Source: an uncultured Planctomycetota bacterium
GTDB lineage: Bacteria; Planctomycetota; Planctomycetia; Isosphaerales; Isosphaeraceae
NCBI GenBank assembly: GCA_963737655.1
Contig: CAVTTN010000002.1
Span: 6,656,001-6,720,000 of the forward strand
Direction of reading: 5' to 3'
DNA length: 64,000 nucleotides
Under the pieces are notes generated by a model. That model did not search any database and was not told where the DNA came from. It saw only the letters and a list, made by a program, of their open reading frames with translations. Positions within the stretch are counted from its first letter, which is position 1; each line of letters starts with the position of its first letter. The position numbers and the translations under genes were made by a program. Positions 10,083 through 20,137 of this stretch are shown here, piece after piece.

Positions 10083-10496
10083 TCAGCTCGCCGAGGTGGC
10101 CAGCGCGGGGCGAACGGGCGACTTGACCTGCTCGGCCTCGCCCAGAAGGGCGATCACGGCCATCGGGGCGGCGTCGCCCTGGCGGACCTTGGCGAGCTTG
10201 TAAATGCGCGTGTAGCCGCCGGGCCGGGTGGCGTAGCGGGGGCCGATCTCGTGGAACAGCTTGAAGCAGACGTCCTTGCTCGTGAGGACGGCCAGGGCCC
10301 GGCGGAAGTTGTTCAGGTTGAAGCCGCCCCGGGCCAGGCTGATCAGCTTCTCGGTGAACGGTTGGACTTCCTTGGCCTTGGCCAGGGTCGTCTCGATCTT
10401 CCCGTGCTCCAGGAGCGAGGTGGCCAGGTTCCGGAGCATCATCCGCCGGTGGGACGGGCTCCTCTTGAACTTCCGGCCGGCTTTGCGGTGACGCAT
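10083..10496 (-). CDS. rplQ: 50S ribosomal protein L17
   Basis: MRHRKAGRKFKRSPSHR, IETTLAKAKE, RPGGYTRI. Confidence 0.97.
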   Translation of the reverse strand: MRHRKAGRKFKRSPSHRRMMLRNLATSLLEHGKIETTLAKAKEVQPFTEKLISLARGGFNLNNFRRALAVLTSKDVCFKLFHEIGPRYATRPGGYTRIYKLAKVRQGDAAPMAVIALLGEAEQVKSPVRPALATSAS

Positions 10497-10512
10497 GGCT
10501 CTCTCGGAAAAA

Positions 10513-10638
10513 AGTGGGCAGTGGGCAGTGGGCAGTGGGCGGTGGTAAGAAGGGAGGAGGAGAGCGGAGCCGGCCGAGTCCCAGGTTTTCCTGGCTGCCC
10601 ACTGCCCACTGCCCACTGCCCACTGCCCACTGCCCACT
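10513..10638. repeat. Inverted tandem-heptamer hairpin element
   Basis: (AGTGGGC)x4, ~56-nt spacer, (GCCCACT)x6, between rpoA and rplQ. Confidence 0.92.
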
Positions 10639-10645
10639 GCCTGCG

Positions 10646-11646
10646 TCAGGCCCCGGACTTCTGGGGCACGTGCATCCCGAGGTGCAGGCCGTGCTCTTCG
10701 AGCTTCGCCTTGACCTCGCGGAGGGTGGTCTCGCCGAAGTTGCGGACCGTCAGGAGCTGGTCCTCGCTGCGGGTGACCAGGTCGCGGACGGTGTTGATGC
10801 TCTCGGTCTCGAGGCAGTTCGTGGCCCGGACCGACAGTTCGAGCTCGGCCAGGCTCATGTTGAGCTTGCGTTCGAGCTCGGCGTCGATCGGGGCATCGCG
10901 GAAGCCGTCGCCCGCCGATCCGTCGGACGGCAGGCCGGGGCCCGGCTCGTAATACTGGACGAACGGGTTGAGGTGCTTCCGCAGGATCTTGGCCGCCTCG
11001 ACCAGGGCCATCTCGGGCCGAGGACGCCGGTGGTCCAGAGCTTCAGGATCAGCTTGTCGTAGTTGGTCCTCTGGCCCACTCGGGTGCTCACCACGTCGTA
11101 CTCGACGCGCTGGACCGGGGTGAAGATGGCGTCGATCGGGATCGCGCCGATCTCCAGGTCGTCGGTGTGCCCCTCGGCGGCCGTCCGATACCCCCGGCCG
11201 TTCTCGACGCTCATCTCGACGAGGAACGGGACGTCGTCGGTCAGGGTGCAGAGGATGTGGTCGGGGTTGATGATCTCGATCGACTCGTCGTGGAGGATGT
11301 CCGCGGCGGTCACCACCCCCCGACGATCGCGCTCGATCCGGATCGTCTTGGGCTGCTCGGAGTAGTTCTTGACCACGAGGAGCTTGAGGTTCAGGACGAG
11401 GTCGGTGATGTCCTCGACCATCCCGGGGATGGTGGAGAACTCGTGCTGGACGCCCTGGATTTTGATCTTGGTGACGGCGCTGCCCTCCAGGCTGGAGAGC
11501 AAGATCCGCCGAAGGCTATTGCCGACGGTGTGGCCGAAGCCGCGCTCGAACGGTTCGACATGGAATTCGCCGTAGGTGTCCGAAAGCTTCTCTTTGATGC
11601 AGAGGACACGGCTCGGAAGTTCGAGGCCACGCCAACGGATGCGCAT
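10646..11646 (-). CDS. rpoA: RNA polymerase alpha subunit (one apparent 1-nt deletion near 11015)
   Basis: [22 protein letters not shown] in ORF 10855-11646; alpha-[14 protein letters not shown] and NFGETTL in ORF 10646-11011; one added base gives [11 protein letters not shown]. Confidence 0.96.
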
Positions 11647-11666
11647 TGCGCTATGCTCCTAGCGAG

Positions 11667-11771
11667 TCGCGGTGGGCCGTGGGCGGTGGGTGGTGGGCAG
11701 TGAAGAGAAAGACGGAAACCGCTCGACATCCGCTTCACTACCCACTGCGTACTGCCCACGGCCCACCGCGA
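11667..11771. repeat. Degenerate inverted heptamer hairpin element
   Basis: TCGCGGTGGGCCGTGGGC...AGTGAAG / CTTCACT...GCCCACGGCCCACCGCGA, between rpsD and rpoA. Confidence 0.85.
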
Positions 11772-11773
11772 GA

Positions 11774-12403
11774 TTAGCGACTCAGCAACTCGACGATCAA
11801 CTGCGGCGTGACGGGCAGGGAGATGTCCTGCTGGGCCGGGAGACGGGAGACGCGGCCCTCGGTCGGCTCGGCCCCGGCTCGGTCGAGCCAGTCAGGCACG
11901 GCGGGCATGCCTTCTTGCTCCAGGGCGGAGGTGGCGAGCTTCTTCGAGTGTTCGCGGTCCTTGATCGCCACGGCGTCTCCGGGCTTGACGAGATAGCTCG
12001 GGATGTCGAGCTTCTTGCCGTTCACGGTGACGTGGCCGTGGGTGATCATCTGCCGGGCCTGGGGCCGGCTGGTGGCGAACCCGAGGCGGGTCACGACGTT
12101 GTCCAGCCGCCGTTCGAGGATCGACATCAGCGCGTCGCCGGTATTGCCGGGACGGCGGCTGGCCATCTCGAAATACTTGCGGAACTGCCGCTCGAAGATC
12201 CCGTAGAACCGCTTGACCTTCTGCTTCTCGCGGAGCCGGATCGAGTATTCGCTGGCCTTGCCCCGGCGGAACTGGTGCATCCCCGGGACCCCCTCGCGGC
12301 GCTCGACGGCGCACTTGGGGCTATCGCATCGGCTGCCCTTCAAGAAGAGCTTCAGGCCCTCTCGGCGGCAGAGTCGGCAGACCGGACCGGTGTGGCGTCC
12401 CAT
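11774..12403 (-). CDS. rpsD: 30S ribosomal protein S4
   Basis: [29 protein letters not shown]. Confidence 0.98.
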   Translation of the reverse strand: MGRHTGPVCRLCRREGLKLFLKGSRCDSPKCAVERREGVPGMHQFRRGKASEYSIRLREKQKVKRFYGIFERQFRKYFEMASRRPGNTGDALMSILERRLDNVVTRLGFATSRPQARQMITHGHVTVNGKKLDIPSYLVKPGDAVAIKDREHSKKLATSALEQEGMPAVPDWLDRAGAEPTEGRVSRLPAQQDISLPVTPQLIVELLSR

Positions 12404-12422
12404 ATCTCTCGCTTCGCTGGTG

Positions 12423-12527
12423 GTCAGTTGTCGGTTGTCAGGGATCGGTTGTCAGTCAGGCCAGTCGGGGCAGTCGGAGCGTCATCGCCCTCTCCGCCCG
12501 GGGACTGACAACGGAAAACTGACAACT
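12423..12527. repeat. Inverted heptamer element of the GTTGTC(A/G) type with internal nonamers
   Basis: AGTTGTC GGTTGTC AGGGATC GGTTGTC ... TGACAAC GGAAAAC TGACAAC; CAGTC(A/G)GNN x3 at 12453-12479. Confidence 0.7.
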
Positions 12528-12534
12528 CCGGGAT

Positions 12535-12915
12535 TCAGACCCGCCGCTTCTTGGGAGGGCGGCAGCCGTTGTGCGGCAGGGGGGTGACGTCCTCGATGGC
12601 CTTGATCGAGAGGCCCGAAGCCTGGAGCGCCGTGATGGCGCTCTCGCGGCCGGAGCCGGGGCCCTTGACCTTGACCTCGACCTCCTTGACGCCGAACTTG
12701 GTGGCCGAGGAGGCGGCCGTCTCGGCGGCTCGCTGGGCGGCGAACGGAGTGCTCTTGCGGCTCCCCTTGAAGCCGACCGTGCCGCTGGAGGCCCAGCACA
12801 GGGCGTCGCCGTTGGGGTCGGTGATGGTCACGATCGTGTTATTGAACGTCGCCTTGATGTAGACGACGGCCCGGCTCACGTTCCGTCGCGTCTTTCGCTT
12901 CTTGGCCTTGGCCAC
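12535..12915 (-). CDS. rpsK: 30S ribosomal protein S11
   Basis: [37 protein letters not shown]. Confidence 0.98.
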   Translation of the reverse strand: MAKAKKRKTRRNVSRAVVYIKATFNNTIVTITDPNGDALCWASSGTVGFKGSRKSTPFAAQRAAETAASSATKFGVKEVEVKVKGPGSGRESAITALQASGLSIKAIEDVTPLPHNGCRPPKKRRV

Positions 12916-13095
12916 GGGTCCGGCGCTCCCGACTTCTGGGGGTCTTGTCGCGGTTCGAGGATGGTGTTCTTGAGACGAAGGCGACGACCGGGCCCGGGGT
13001 GGGCCGGTCGTCGTTCGAGGGCGAGTGGACAGGAAGTTGTCGAGCCGACCGGCGATCGCGCGGGGGCCGGTCGTCCTCCTCCCGGGTCCGAGGCG

Positions 13096-13479
13096 TTACC
13101 TCATCTCCTTGACGCCCTTCTTGCCCGCGACCGTCTTCCTCGGCCCCTTGCGGGTCCGGGCGTTGGTCCGGGTCCTCTGGCCGTGGACGGGCAAGCTCTT
13201 GCGATGCCTCATCCCGCGATAGCAGCCGATGTCGCGGAGCCGGGCGATGTTCTGCTGGACCTGGCGGCGGAGCTGACCTTCGACGGTGTACTCGTTGTCC
13301 AGCAAGCCGGTGATCTTCGCCAGCTCGTCCTCGGTCAGGTCGCGGGCCCGCTTGTCCGGGTCCACGGACGCCCGTTCGCACAGTTGGTTGGCCAGGAACG
13401 GCCCGATCCCGTAGATATAGCGCAGGGAGATCACCGTGCGCTTATCGTTGGGGATGTCCACACCCAGAATACGAGGCAT
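13096..13479 (-). CDS. rpsM: 30S ribosomal protein S13
   Basis: [29 protein letters not shown]. Confidence 0.98.
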   Translation of the reverse strand: MPRILGVDIPNDKRTVISLRYIYGIGPFLANQLCERASVDPDKRARDLTEDELAKITGLLDNEYTVEGQLRRQVQQNIARLRDIGCYRGMRHRKSLPVHGQRTRTNARTRKGPRKTVAGKKGVKEMR

Positions 13480-13525
13480 CCGTCCCGGTCTCCCGTGCTT
13501 TCGAATCCCAAATGGTGGCTGGCGA

Positions 13526-13642
13526 TCAACCCTGCCGCTGCTTGTGCTTGGGGTTGACCGAGCAGATCACGAAGAGCTTCCGCCGCCTCTTCACGACCTT
13601 GCAGTGTTCGCAGATCCGCTTGACGCTGGCTCGAACTTTCAT
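13526..13642 (-). CDS. rpmJ: 50S ribosomal protein L36 (Zn-binding form)
   Basis: [14 protein letters not shown]...[14 protein letters not shown]. Confidence 0.97.
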   Translation of the reverse strand: MKVRASVKRICEHCKVVKRRRKLFVICSVNPKHKQRQG

Positions 13643-13748
13643 GACCCTGTCCGCCCGCTGTTCCGTACCGAACCGATCCGATCCCTCGCGACGAGGCGAG
13701 GGACTCGCCGAGACCGTCCGACGCTGCGGCCGGGGTCGAATTCCGACC

Positions 13749-13777
13749 AAGATAGCGTCCGGTCCCGCGATCCGCAA
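13749..13777 (-). promoter_or_regulatory. Putative sigma70 promoter for rpmJ and the alpha operon
   Basis: TTGCGG-N17-TATCTT on the minus strand, in the map-rpmJ spacer. Confidence 0.5.
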
Positions 13778-13810
13778 GTCCCCTCCGGCCGATTTTTCCC
13801 GATCGGCCGG

Positions 13811-14623
13811 TCAATCCTCCAAATACGTCAAGACCCGAGGGCCCTCGGGCGTCACGGCGACGGTGTGCTCGAAGTGGGCGCTGGCCTTGAGGTCCTTGGT
13901 CACGACGGTCCAGCCGTCGTCCAGGGTCTTCACGTCCTTGGTGCCCAGGGCCACCATCGGCTCGATCGCCAGGACCACGCCGGGCTCGAGCCGGATGTCC
14001 TGCTTCTTCAGCGCCTTGCTGACGAAGTTCGGGACCTGCGGCTCTTCGTGCATGTCCTGGCCGATCCCGTGGCCGACGAATTTCTCGACGACGTACATCC
14101 CCTGGCTCTTGACGAACTTCTCCATCAGGCCGGCGACCTCGGACCAGTACCGGGCCCGCCCCATGGCGCGGATGGCCAGGTCCAGCGTCTGCTGGGTGAC
14201 CTCCAGGAGCTTCCTCATCGGCGGCGCGACCTGGCCGATCGCCAGGGTCACGGCCGAGTCGCCGCACCAGCCGTTGAGCTTGCACCCGGTGTCGATCGAC
14301 AGGACGTCCCCCTCGCGGAGGACTTTTTTCATCGACGGGATGCCGTGGACGACCTGCTCGTTCACGCTGGCGCAGACGACGGCGGGGAAGGGGGGTTTCC
14401 CCTTGACCGTGCTCGGGACCCCTCGGAACAGGGGCACCGCGCCGAACTCCCGGAACGTGTCGGCCGCCAGGGCGTCCAGCTCCCCGGTGGTCGATCCCGG
14501 CACCGCGGCCTTCGTGATCCGGTCCAGAGCGATGGCGACGACCCGGCCCGCCTCGCGCATGAGGTCCATCTCGCGAGGGCTCTTGAGCTTGATGACCTTG
14601 GGCGTCTCTCGGGGGCGTAGCAT
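13811..14623 (-). CDS. map: Type I methionine aminopeptidase
   Basis: SVNEQVVHGIP, IDTG, GDSAVT, GHGIG..MHEEP, AIEPM, SAHFEHTV. Confidence 0.97.
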   Translation of the reverse strand: MLRPRETPKVIKLKSPREMDLMREAGRVVAIALDRITKAAVPGSTTGELDALAADTFREFGAVPLFRGVPSTVKGKPPFPAVVCASVNEQVVHGIPSMKKVLREGDVLSIDTGCKLNGWCGDSAVTLAIGQVAPPMRKLLEVTQQTLDLAIRAMGRARYWSEVAGLMEKFVKSQGMYVVEKFVGHGIGQDMHEEPQVPNFVSKALKKQDIRLEPGVVLAIEPMVALGTKDVKTLDDGWTVVTKDLKASAHFEHTVAVTPEGPRVLTYLED

Positions 14624-14627
14624 GGTC

Positions 14628-16007
14628 TTATCGCTTGCTCATCAGGCCGCTGTAATTCCGCATGATCAGGTGGCTGTCGATCTTCTGGACCAGGTCCAGG
14701 CAGACGCTGATGACGATCAGGAGGCCCGTGCCGCCCAGGAACGACGCCACGGCGAACTCGACGTGGAACTGGCTCTGGACGACCGAGGGGATCACGGCCA
14801 CGAGGCTCAGGAAGGCCGCCCCGACGAACGTGATCCTGAGCATGACCTTCTCCAGGTAGTCGGCCGTCCGCCGTCCGGGCCGATATCCCGGGATGAAGCT
14901 GCCGTAGTCCTTCAGGTTCTCGGACATGTCCTTCGGGTTGAAGGTGATGGCCGTCCAGAAGTAGCAGAAGAAGTAGATCAGGGTGATGTAGAACAGGGTA
15001 TAGACATACCCGTGAGACTGGAAGGCCGTCTCCCCCACGTGGAACAGGCCGGCGAAGAACCGGGCGACGCCCGAGCCGGTGGTCCTCCACGAGGCGGTGG
15101 CGTCGGCCAGGAACTTGAGGATCACGTAGGGGAACATCAGCAGGCTGGAGGCGAAGATGATCGGCATGACGCCGGCCTGGTTGACCTTCAGCGGCAGATA
15201 CTGCTTCGTCCCGCCGTAGACCCGCCGCCCCCGGACGTGCTTGGCCGACTGGGTGGGGATTCGCCTCTGGCTCTCGGTGATCGCGATCACGCCGACGACC
15301 ACCGCCACGAAGAGTGCCGCAAGGAGCAGGAGGACGATTACTCCGAACTTCCCGCTCTCGCCCGTGAGGCTCGGCGTGGCGTTGGACAGCAGGGTGTAGA
15401 GGGCCTGGGGCATCCGGGCGAGGATCCCGGCCATGATCAGGAGGCTGATCCCGTTGCCGATCCCGTACTCGTCGATCTGCTCGCCGATCCACATCAGGAA
15501 GATGGTCCCGGCCGTCATGATCAGGACGCAGACGATCCCGGACCACAGATTATTATAGCCGGGCAGGGCCACATTCATGCCCTCCGGGTTCATCATGTAC
15601 CGGACCCACATCGCGCTCTGGCCTATACACAAAAAGACGGTGGCGTATCGCGTGTATTCGTTGATCCGTTTCCGGCCGCTTTCCCCTTCCTTCATCATGG
15701 CTTCGAGGGAGGGGACGACGCTGCCGAGGAGCTGGAAGATGATCGAGGCCGAGATGTACGGCATGATCCCGAGGCCGAAGATCGTGCTCATGCCGATCTG
15801 GGTGCCGCCGAACATGGCCACGGTGCCGAAGACCCGGCCGGCGACGTTGTTGTTCAGGTTCTCCTGCCACTTCTCCAGCTTGCTCTGGTCCACGACGGGC
15901 AGAGGGATGTAGAAGCCGATCCGATAGATGGCCAGGAACATGGCCGTCATCAGGATCTTCCGCTGGAGCTCGGGGACCTTGAACAGGATCGTGTAGAGCT
16001 TTTGCAC
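14628..16007 (-). CDS. secY: Preprotein translocase subunit SecY
   Basis: LGIMPYISASII, GIGNGISL, NQAGVMPIIFAS, IPGYRPG, GGTGLLI. Confidence 0.98.
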   Translation of the reverse strand: MQKLYTILFKVPELQRKILMTAMFLAIYRIGFYIPLPVVDQSKLEKWQENLNNNVAGRVFGTVAMFGGTQIGMSTIFGLGIMPYISASIIFQLLGSVVPSLEAMMKEGESGRKRINEYTRYATVFLCIGQSAMWVRYMMNPEGMNVALPGYNNLWSGIVCVLIMTAGTIFLMWIGEQIDEYGIGNGISLLIMAGILARMPQALYTLLSNATPSLTGESGKFGVIVLLLLAALFVAVVVGVIAITESQRRIPTQSAKHVRGRRVYGGTKQYLPLKVNQAGVMPIIFASSLLMFPYVILKFLADATASWRTTGSGVARFFAGLFHVGETAFQSHGYVYTLFYITLIYFFCYFWTAITFNPKDMSENLKDYGSFIPGYRPGRRTADYLEKVMLRITFVGAAFLSLVAVIPSVVQSQFHVEFAVASFLGGTGLLIVISVCLDLVQKIDSHLIMRNYSGLMSKR

Positions 16008-16045
16008 GAGAGGGCCTCGGATGGGTCGGCCTGGGGCCGGACGGG

Positions 16046-16404
16046 TCAGGGGCGCCTACCCCGTTGGCGATCGCCTCGGCGATTTCGAGGGTCTGATCGT
16101 CGGTGATCATGCCGAGCCGGTGACGGAAACGCAGGAGAGAGACGGACTTAACCTGGAACGTATCGAAAGCCGAGTCTTTCCGCAGGCCGTTCTCGGGCGA
16201 CGCCGGCAGGAAGACGATCCAGGACAGGGAGGCGAAGGACGGCCTCCAATCGGTGAGCGGGACGACCACGCGGAGAGGGAGGAGGCGGACGACGTCGATG
16301 TTCAGGACGACCGCCGGACGGACTTTGCGGATCTCCGCACCGACGGCCGGTTCGAATTCGACCAGCCAGACCTCAGAGCGTCTCGGAGGAGGAACTCTCA
16401 CCAT
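16046..16404 (-). CDS. PemK/MazF family toxin (apparent 1-nt deletion just before the stop)
   Basis: RSEVWLVEFEPAVGAEIRKVRPAVV, NGLRKDS..DTFQVKSVS..RF; 359 nt to the TGA at 16046-48, one base short of 119 aa plus stop. Confidence 0.85.
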
Positions 16405-16594
16405 AGAAGTCGTCGGGCCCGTAATCACAAGTAAGGTCGGTCAACTCGGGATTGTCCCGGTAGATGGCCACGGCCAGCTTGGCCTGCTCCTCCAGGATCC
16501 GATGCCGTTCCTCGAGAGGGAGCTTGCGAAGCTCCGAGGCGGAGATTCGTCGAGGAGTGGCCGACGCTTCCGAGGGCTTGGTCAGATCATTCAT
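16373..16594 (-). CDS. Putative antitoxin
   Basis: 73 aa, ELRKLPLEERHRILEEQA, acidic C-terminus, overlaps the toxin start by 32 nt. Confidence 0.7.
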   Translation of the reverse strand: MNDLTKPSEASATPRRISASELRKLPLEERHRILEEQAKLAVAIYRDNPELTDLTCDYGPDDFYGESSSSETL

Positions 16595-16619
16595 GGCGAG
16601 TCCCCCACGATAGGACGCC

Positions 16620-17069
16620 TCAGCCGACCACGATCGCCTTGCCTCCGGCGGCCTCGATCTTCTTGACCGCGCCTTCGGAGAACTTGTGGGCATGGACGGT
16701 CAGGGGCTTGGTCAGCTCGCCGTCGCCGAGGATCTTCACGCCGTCGACGTGCCGTCCCTTGACGATCCCGACGGCCCTCAGCGCGGCCTCATCGACCGTG
16801 GCCCCGGCGTCGAAGGTTTCGAGCTTCTCGACGTTGAACGTGGCGTAGTCCTTGCGGAACTTGCCGTTGTTGAAGCCTCGCTTGGGGACGCGACGGATGA
16901 TGGGCATCTGCCCGCCTTCCATCAGGGGGTTCTGCTTGTACCCCTGGCGGGAGGAATGCCCCTTGTGCCCCTTGCCGGCGGTCTTGCCGTTGCCGGAACC
17001 CACGCCTCGGCCGATCCGCTTGGGTCTCTTGTGCTTGTGCACACCGACGTGGACGTCGTGGAGTTGCAT
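16620..17069 (-). CDS. rplO: 50S ribosomal protein L15
   Basis: RIGRGVGSGNGKTAGKGHKG, EGGQMP..RRVPKRGF, VKILGDGEL. Confidence 0.97.
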   Translation of the reverse strand: MQLHDVHVGVHKHKRPKRIGRGVGSGNGKTAGKGHKGHSSRQGYKQNPLMEGGQMPIIRRVPKRGFNNGKFRKDYATFNVEKLETFDAGATVDEAALRAVGIVKGRHVDGVKILGDGELTKPLTVHAHKFSEGAVKKIEAAGGKAIVVG

Positions 17070-17560
17070 CAGAGGGTCACTCCCCGCAGACGAGCGACTT
17101 CGTCCTTCGTCCGCAGTTGCTTCAGGGCGTCGATCGCCGCCTTGACGAGGTTGAGCTTGTTGGTGGAGCCGTAGCTCTTGGTGAGGATGTCGGTGATCCC
17201 GGCGGCCTGGACGACCGCACGGACGGCCCCTCCGGCGATCACGCCCGTGCCGGGGCTGGCCGGCAGCATCACGACCCGGGCCGCGCCGAACTTGCCGATC
17301 ACGCGATGGGGGATCGACCCGCCCCGGAGGTTCACGCGGTTCATCTGCTTGTGGGCGTCCTTGACGCCCTTCTCGACCGACGGCGGGACTTCGTTGGCCT
17401 TGCCGTAGCCCCAGGCCACCTGCCCCCGGCCGTTGCCGACGACGACCAGCGCGTTGAAGCTGAACCTTCGGCCGCCCTTGACGACCGCCGCGCACCGGCG
17501 GATCGCCACGACGCTCTCGCTCCATTCGCCTCGGTCGCGGTCACGATTATCGCTGGACAC
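17069..17560 (-). CDS. rpsE: 30S ribosomal protein S5
   Basis: [29 protein letters not shown]. Confidence 0.98.
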   Translation of the reverse strand: MSSDNRDRDRGEWSESVVAIRRCAAVVKGGRRFSFNALVVVGNGRGQVAWGYGKANEVPPSVEKGVKDAHKQMNRVNLRGGSIPHRVIGKFGAARVVMLPASPGTGVIAGGAVRAVVQAAGITDILTKSYGSTNKLNLVKAAIDALKQLRTKDEVARLRGVTL

Positions 17561-17583
17561 GGGTCACCCTTCAGTCTGTCGGG

Positions 17584-17708
17584 AGTGGGCAGTGGGCAGT
17601 GGGCCGTGGGCAGCGAGAAGACAGGGGATGACCGAAGAGGAAGAAGACGGGGCCGATCGCGACCGGCCGCATTCCTCAACTGCCCACTGCCCACTGCCCA
17701 CTGCCCAC
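17584..17708. repeat. Inverted tandem-heptamer hairpin element
   Basis: (AGTGGGC)x3 + CGTGGGC, spacer, (GCCCACT)x3 + GCCCAC, between rplR and rpsE. Confidence 0.9.
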
Positions 17709-17719
17709 GTCTCGAGTTC

Positions 17720-18088
17720 TTAAAACAGAAGTCCCGCTTCGCGCGCGGCGGCGGCCAGGGCCTCGACGCGGCCGTGATATTTGTAGCTTCGGCGATCGAA
17801 GCAGACCTTGTCAATCCCGGCCTGCTTCGCCCTCTCGGCGACGACCCGGCCGACGATCGTGGCGGCCGTCTTGTTGCCGCCGTAGGGCTGTTGCCCCTTG
17901 ACGTCCGGGTCGAGCGAGCTGGCCGCGGCGAGGGTCTTGCCCGCCGTGTCGTCGATGACCTGGGCGTAGATGTGTTTCGAGCTGCGGAAGACCGCCAGTC
18001 GGGGCCTCTCGGCCGTCCCGGACAGCTTCTTGCGGACCCGGCGCTGACGGCGGAGCCGCCTCGCCTCGATGATCTCTTTCTGACCCAT
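17720..18088 (-). CDS. rplR: 50S ribosomal protein L18
   Basis: [30 protein letters not shown]. Confidence 0.98.
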   Translation of the reverse strand: MGQKEIIEARRLRRQRRVRKKLSGTAERPRLAVFRSSKHIYAQVIDDTAGKTLAAASSLDPDVKGQQPYGGNKTAATIVGRVVAERAKQAGIDKVCFDRRSYKYHGRVEALAAAAREAGLLF

Positions 18089-18219
18089 CGCTCCAGCCTC
18101 TCTCGTGACGGCCCGGGGGCGACCGATTTCCGACCGGACGCCCGGCCTTCACGCCAAACACACGGCGGGTTCAACCCGCCAAATTCGATCGATTCATGAC
18201 GGCGGGCCGGGGCCCCGGA

Positions 18220-18771
18220 TTACTTCGAGCCGAACGCCTTGCCCGACTTCCGGCGGACGACTTCGCCCTCGTACCGGATGCCCTTGCCCTTGTACGGCTC
18301 GGGCGGGCGGACCTTGCGGATCTCGGCGGCGAACTGGCCGACCTTCTGCTTGTCGGCACCCGAGATCGTGATGTGAGTGGCGTCGGGGACGACCACGCTC
18401 ACGCCTTCGGGGGCCTCCATCACGATCTGGTTGGCGAAGCCGACCTGGAGGGCCACGGTGTTGGCCTTCTTCAGCTGGGCCTGGTAGCCGACGCCGACGA
18501 TCTCCAGCTTCTTCGAATAGCCGGTCGTCACGCCCTGGACCATGTTGGCGATCAGGCTCCGCGTGAGCCCGTGGAGGGCGCGGTTCTGCCTCTCGTCGTC
18601 GGCCCGGGTGACCAGCAGTTGCTTGGCGGCGTCGTCGTACTGGACCGCGATCCCGTCGCGATAGGAGAAGGCGAGCTTCCCCTTGGGCCCCTCGACGTTG
18701 ACCGTCGAATCGGCCACCGAGACCTTCACGTTCGCCGGGACGACCACCGGCTTTCGTCCGATTCGGGACAT
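18220..18771 (-). CDS. rplF: 50S ribosomal protein L6
   Basis: MSRIGRKP, RPPEPYKGKGIRY. Confidence 0.98.
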   Translation of the reverse strand: MSRIGRKPVVVPANVKVSVADSTVNVEGPKGKLAFSYRDGIAVQYDDAAKQLLVTRADDERQNRALHGLTRSLIANMVQGVTTGYSKKLEIVGVGYQAQLKKANTVALQVGFANQIVMEAPEGVSVVVPDATHITISGADKQKVGQFAAEIRKVRPPEPYKGKGIRYEGEVVRRKSGKAFGSK

Positions 18772-18836
18772 GGCTCCCTCGTCCTTACTTGAGTGATCCC
18801 AAAGGGGGTGTACGGGTCAGCGACCGGGGGTCGATC

Positions 18837-19232
18837 TCAATGGATCAGCGCCAGGACCTCGCCGCCGACCTTCTCGGCGCAGGCCCGGCGGTCGCTGAGA
18901 ATCCCCTTGGGCGTGCTCAGGATCTGGATGCCCATGCCGCCCAGGATCGGCTTCAAACCTTTGTAGCCGATGTATTTGCGACAGCCCGGCTTGCTCACCC
19001 GGTCGATCCGGGTGATCAGCCTCTCGCCGTTCGGGCCATACTTCAGGTGGAGCCGGAGGGTCTTGGCCGGGACGGTCTCGATCTCCTCGAAGTCCCAGAT
19101 GTACCCTTCGTCCTTGAGCACCTGGGCGATCCCGGTGCGGATCTTGGAGGTCGGCATATCGACCAGGGGACGCTCGATCCGCACGCAGTTGCGAATGCGG
19201 GTGAGCATGTCGGCGATCGTGTCGGTCATCAT
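18837..19232 (-). CDS. rpsH: 30S ribosomal protein S8
   Basis: DTIADMLTRIRN, RVSKPG, ILSTPKG. Confidence 0.98.
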   Translation of the reverse strand: MMTDTIADMLTRIRNCVRIERPLVDMPTSKIRTGIAQVLKDEGYIWDFEEIETVPAKTLRLHLKYGPNGERLITRIDRVSKPGCRKYIGYKGLKPILGGMGIQILSTPKGILSDRRACAEKVGGEVLALIH

Positions 19233-19320
19233 GGGCGGGAGGGACCTGTCAACCGAAGCGGGTAACTCGCCCAGGGCGGGCGGGTCGGCGCGACGGGGAG
19301 GACTCGGACGGGGGCTTGGC

Positions 19321-19512
19321 TTACCAGCTTGCCTTCTTCACGCCGGGGATCAGGCCCTTGGAGGCCAGGGTCCGGAAGCAGATCCGGCAGATGCCGAACT
19401 TGCGATAGACGGCTCGCGGACGGCCGCAGAGCTTGCACCGATTCCGATGTCGGACCTTGAAGCCCGACTTCGGCGGCGACTGCGACTTGATCATCTGGGC
19501 CTTGGTCGACAT
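19321..19512 (-). CDS. rpsN: 30S ribosomal protein S14 (short Zn-binding type Z)
   Basis: [24 protein letters not shown]. Confidence 0.97.
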   Translation of the reverse strand: MSTKAQMIKSQSPPKSGFKVRHRNRCKLCGRPRAVYRKFGICRICFRTLASKGLIPGVKKASW

Positions 19513-19562
19513 GAGAACCTCAAAGGGGAACCGCGTTCAGAGGTCGGCGGGGACGGCTCGGC

Positions 19563-20123
19563 TCACTTGCCCTTCTGGCCGGGTTGGCGGAACGGCATCC
19601 CGAAGGCCCGGAGCAGCTCGCGGGCCTGGTCGTCGTTCTGGGTCGTGGTGACGATCGTGATGTCCATGCCCTGGGTGTGCTGGATCTTGTCCGCCTCGAT
19701 CTCGGGGAAGACGACCTGCTCGGCCAGGCCCAGGGTGTAGTTGCCGTGGCCGTCGAAGCTGTTCGGATTGACGCCGCGGAAGTCGCGGATCCGCGGCAGG
19801 GCGATCGTGACCAGGCGGTCGAGGAACTCGTACATCCTCTGGCCTCGGAGGGTCACCTTGCAACCGATTTCGTTCCCCTCGCGGAGCCGGAACCCGGCGA
19901 CGGACGTCTTGGCCTTGGTGACCAGCGGCTTCTGGCCCGAGATCTTCGCCAGGCCGTCCACGGCCGCTTCGAGGACCGCCTTGTCCTGGGTGGCCCGCCC
20001 CACGCCCATGTTGATGACGATCTTTTCCAGCTTCGGGATCGCCATCTTGTTCTTCAGGCCGAACTTGGTCGTGAGATCCTGGGCGATCTTTGCGTTGTAC
20101 TGCTCTTGCAGGCGGGCGGCCAT
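19563..20123 (-). CDS. rplE: 50S ribosomal protein L5
   Basis: [28 protein letters not shown]. Confidence 0.98.
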   Translation of the reverse strand: MAARLQEQYNAKIAQDLTTKFGLKNKMAIPKLEKIVINMGVGRATQDKAVLEAAVDGLAKISGQKPLVTKAKTSVAGFRLREGNEIGCKVTLRGQRMYEFLDRLVTIALPRIRDFRGVNPNSFDGHGNYTLGLAEQVVFPEIEADKIQHTQGMDITIVTTTQNDDQARELLRAFGMPFRQPGQKGK

Positions 20124-20137
20124 CGAATCTCTCTCCC

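Noticed and set aside
10497..10637. N-terminal MGSGQWAV... extension of L17 (and similar extensions of L24, L15, L3, L2 in the ORF track)
   Set aside because: Translation of heptamer repeats or upstream sequence; canonical starts lie downstream
15553..16428. 291-aa PemK protein overlapping secY
   Set aside because: One extra C restores a stop at 16046 and a normal-length toxin; the tail is out-of-frame secY sequence
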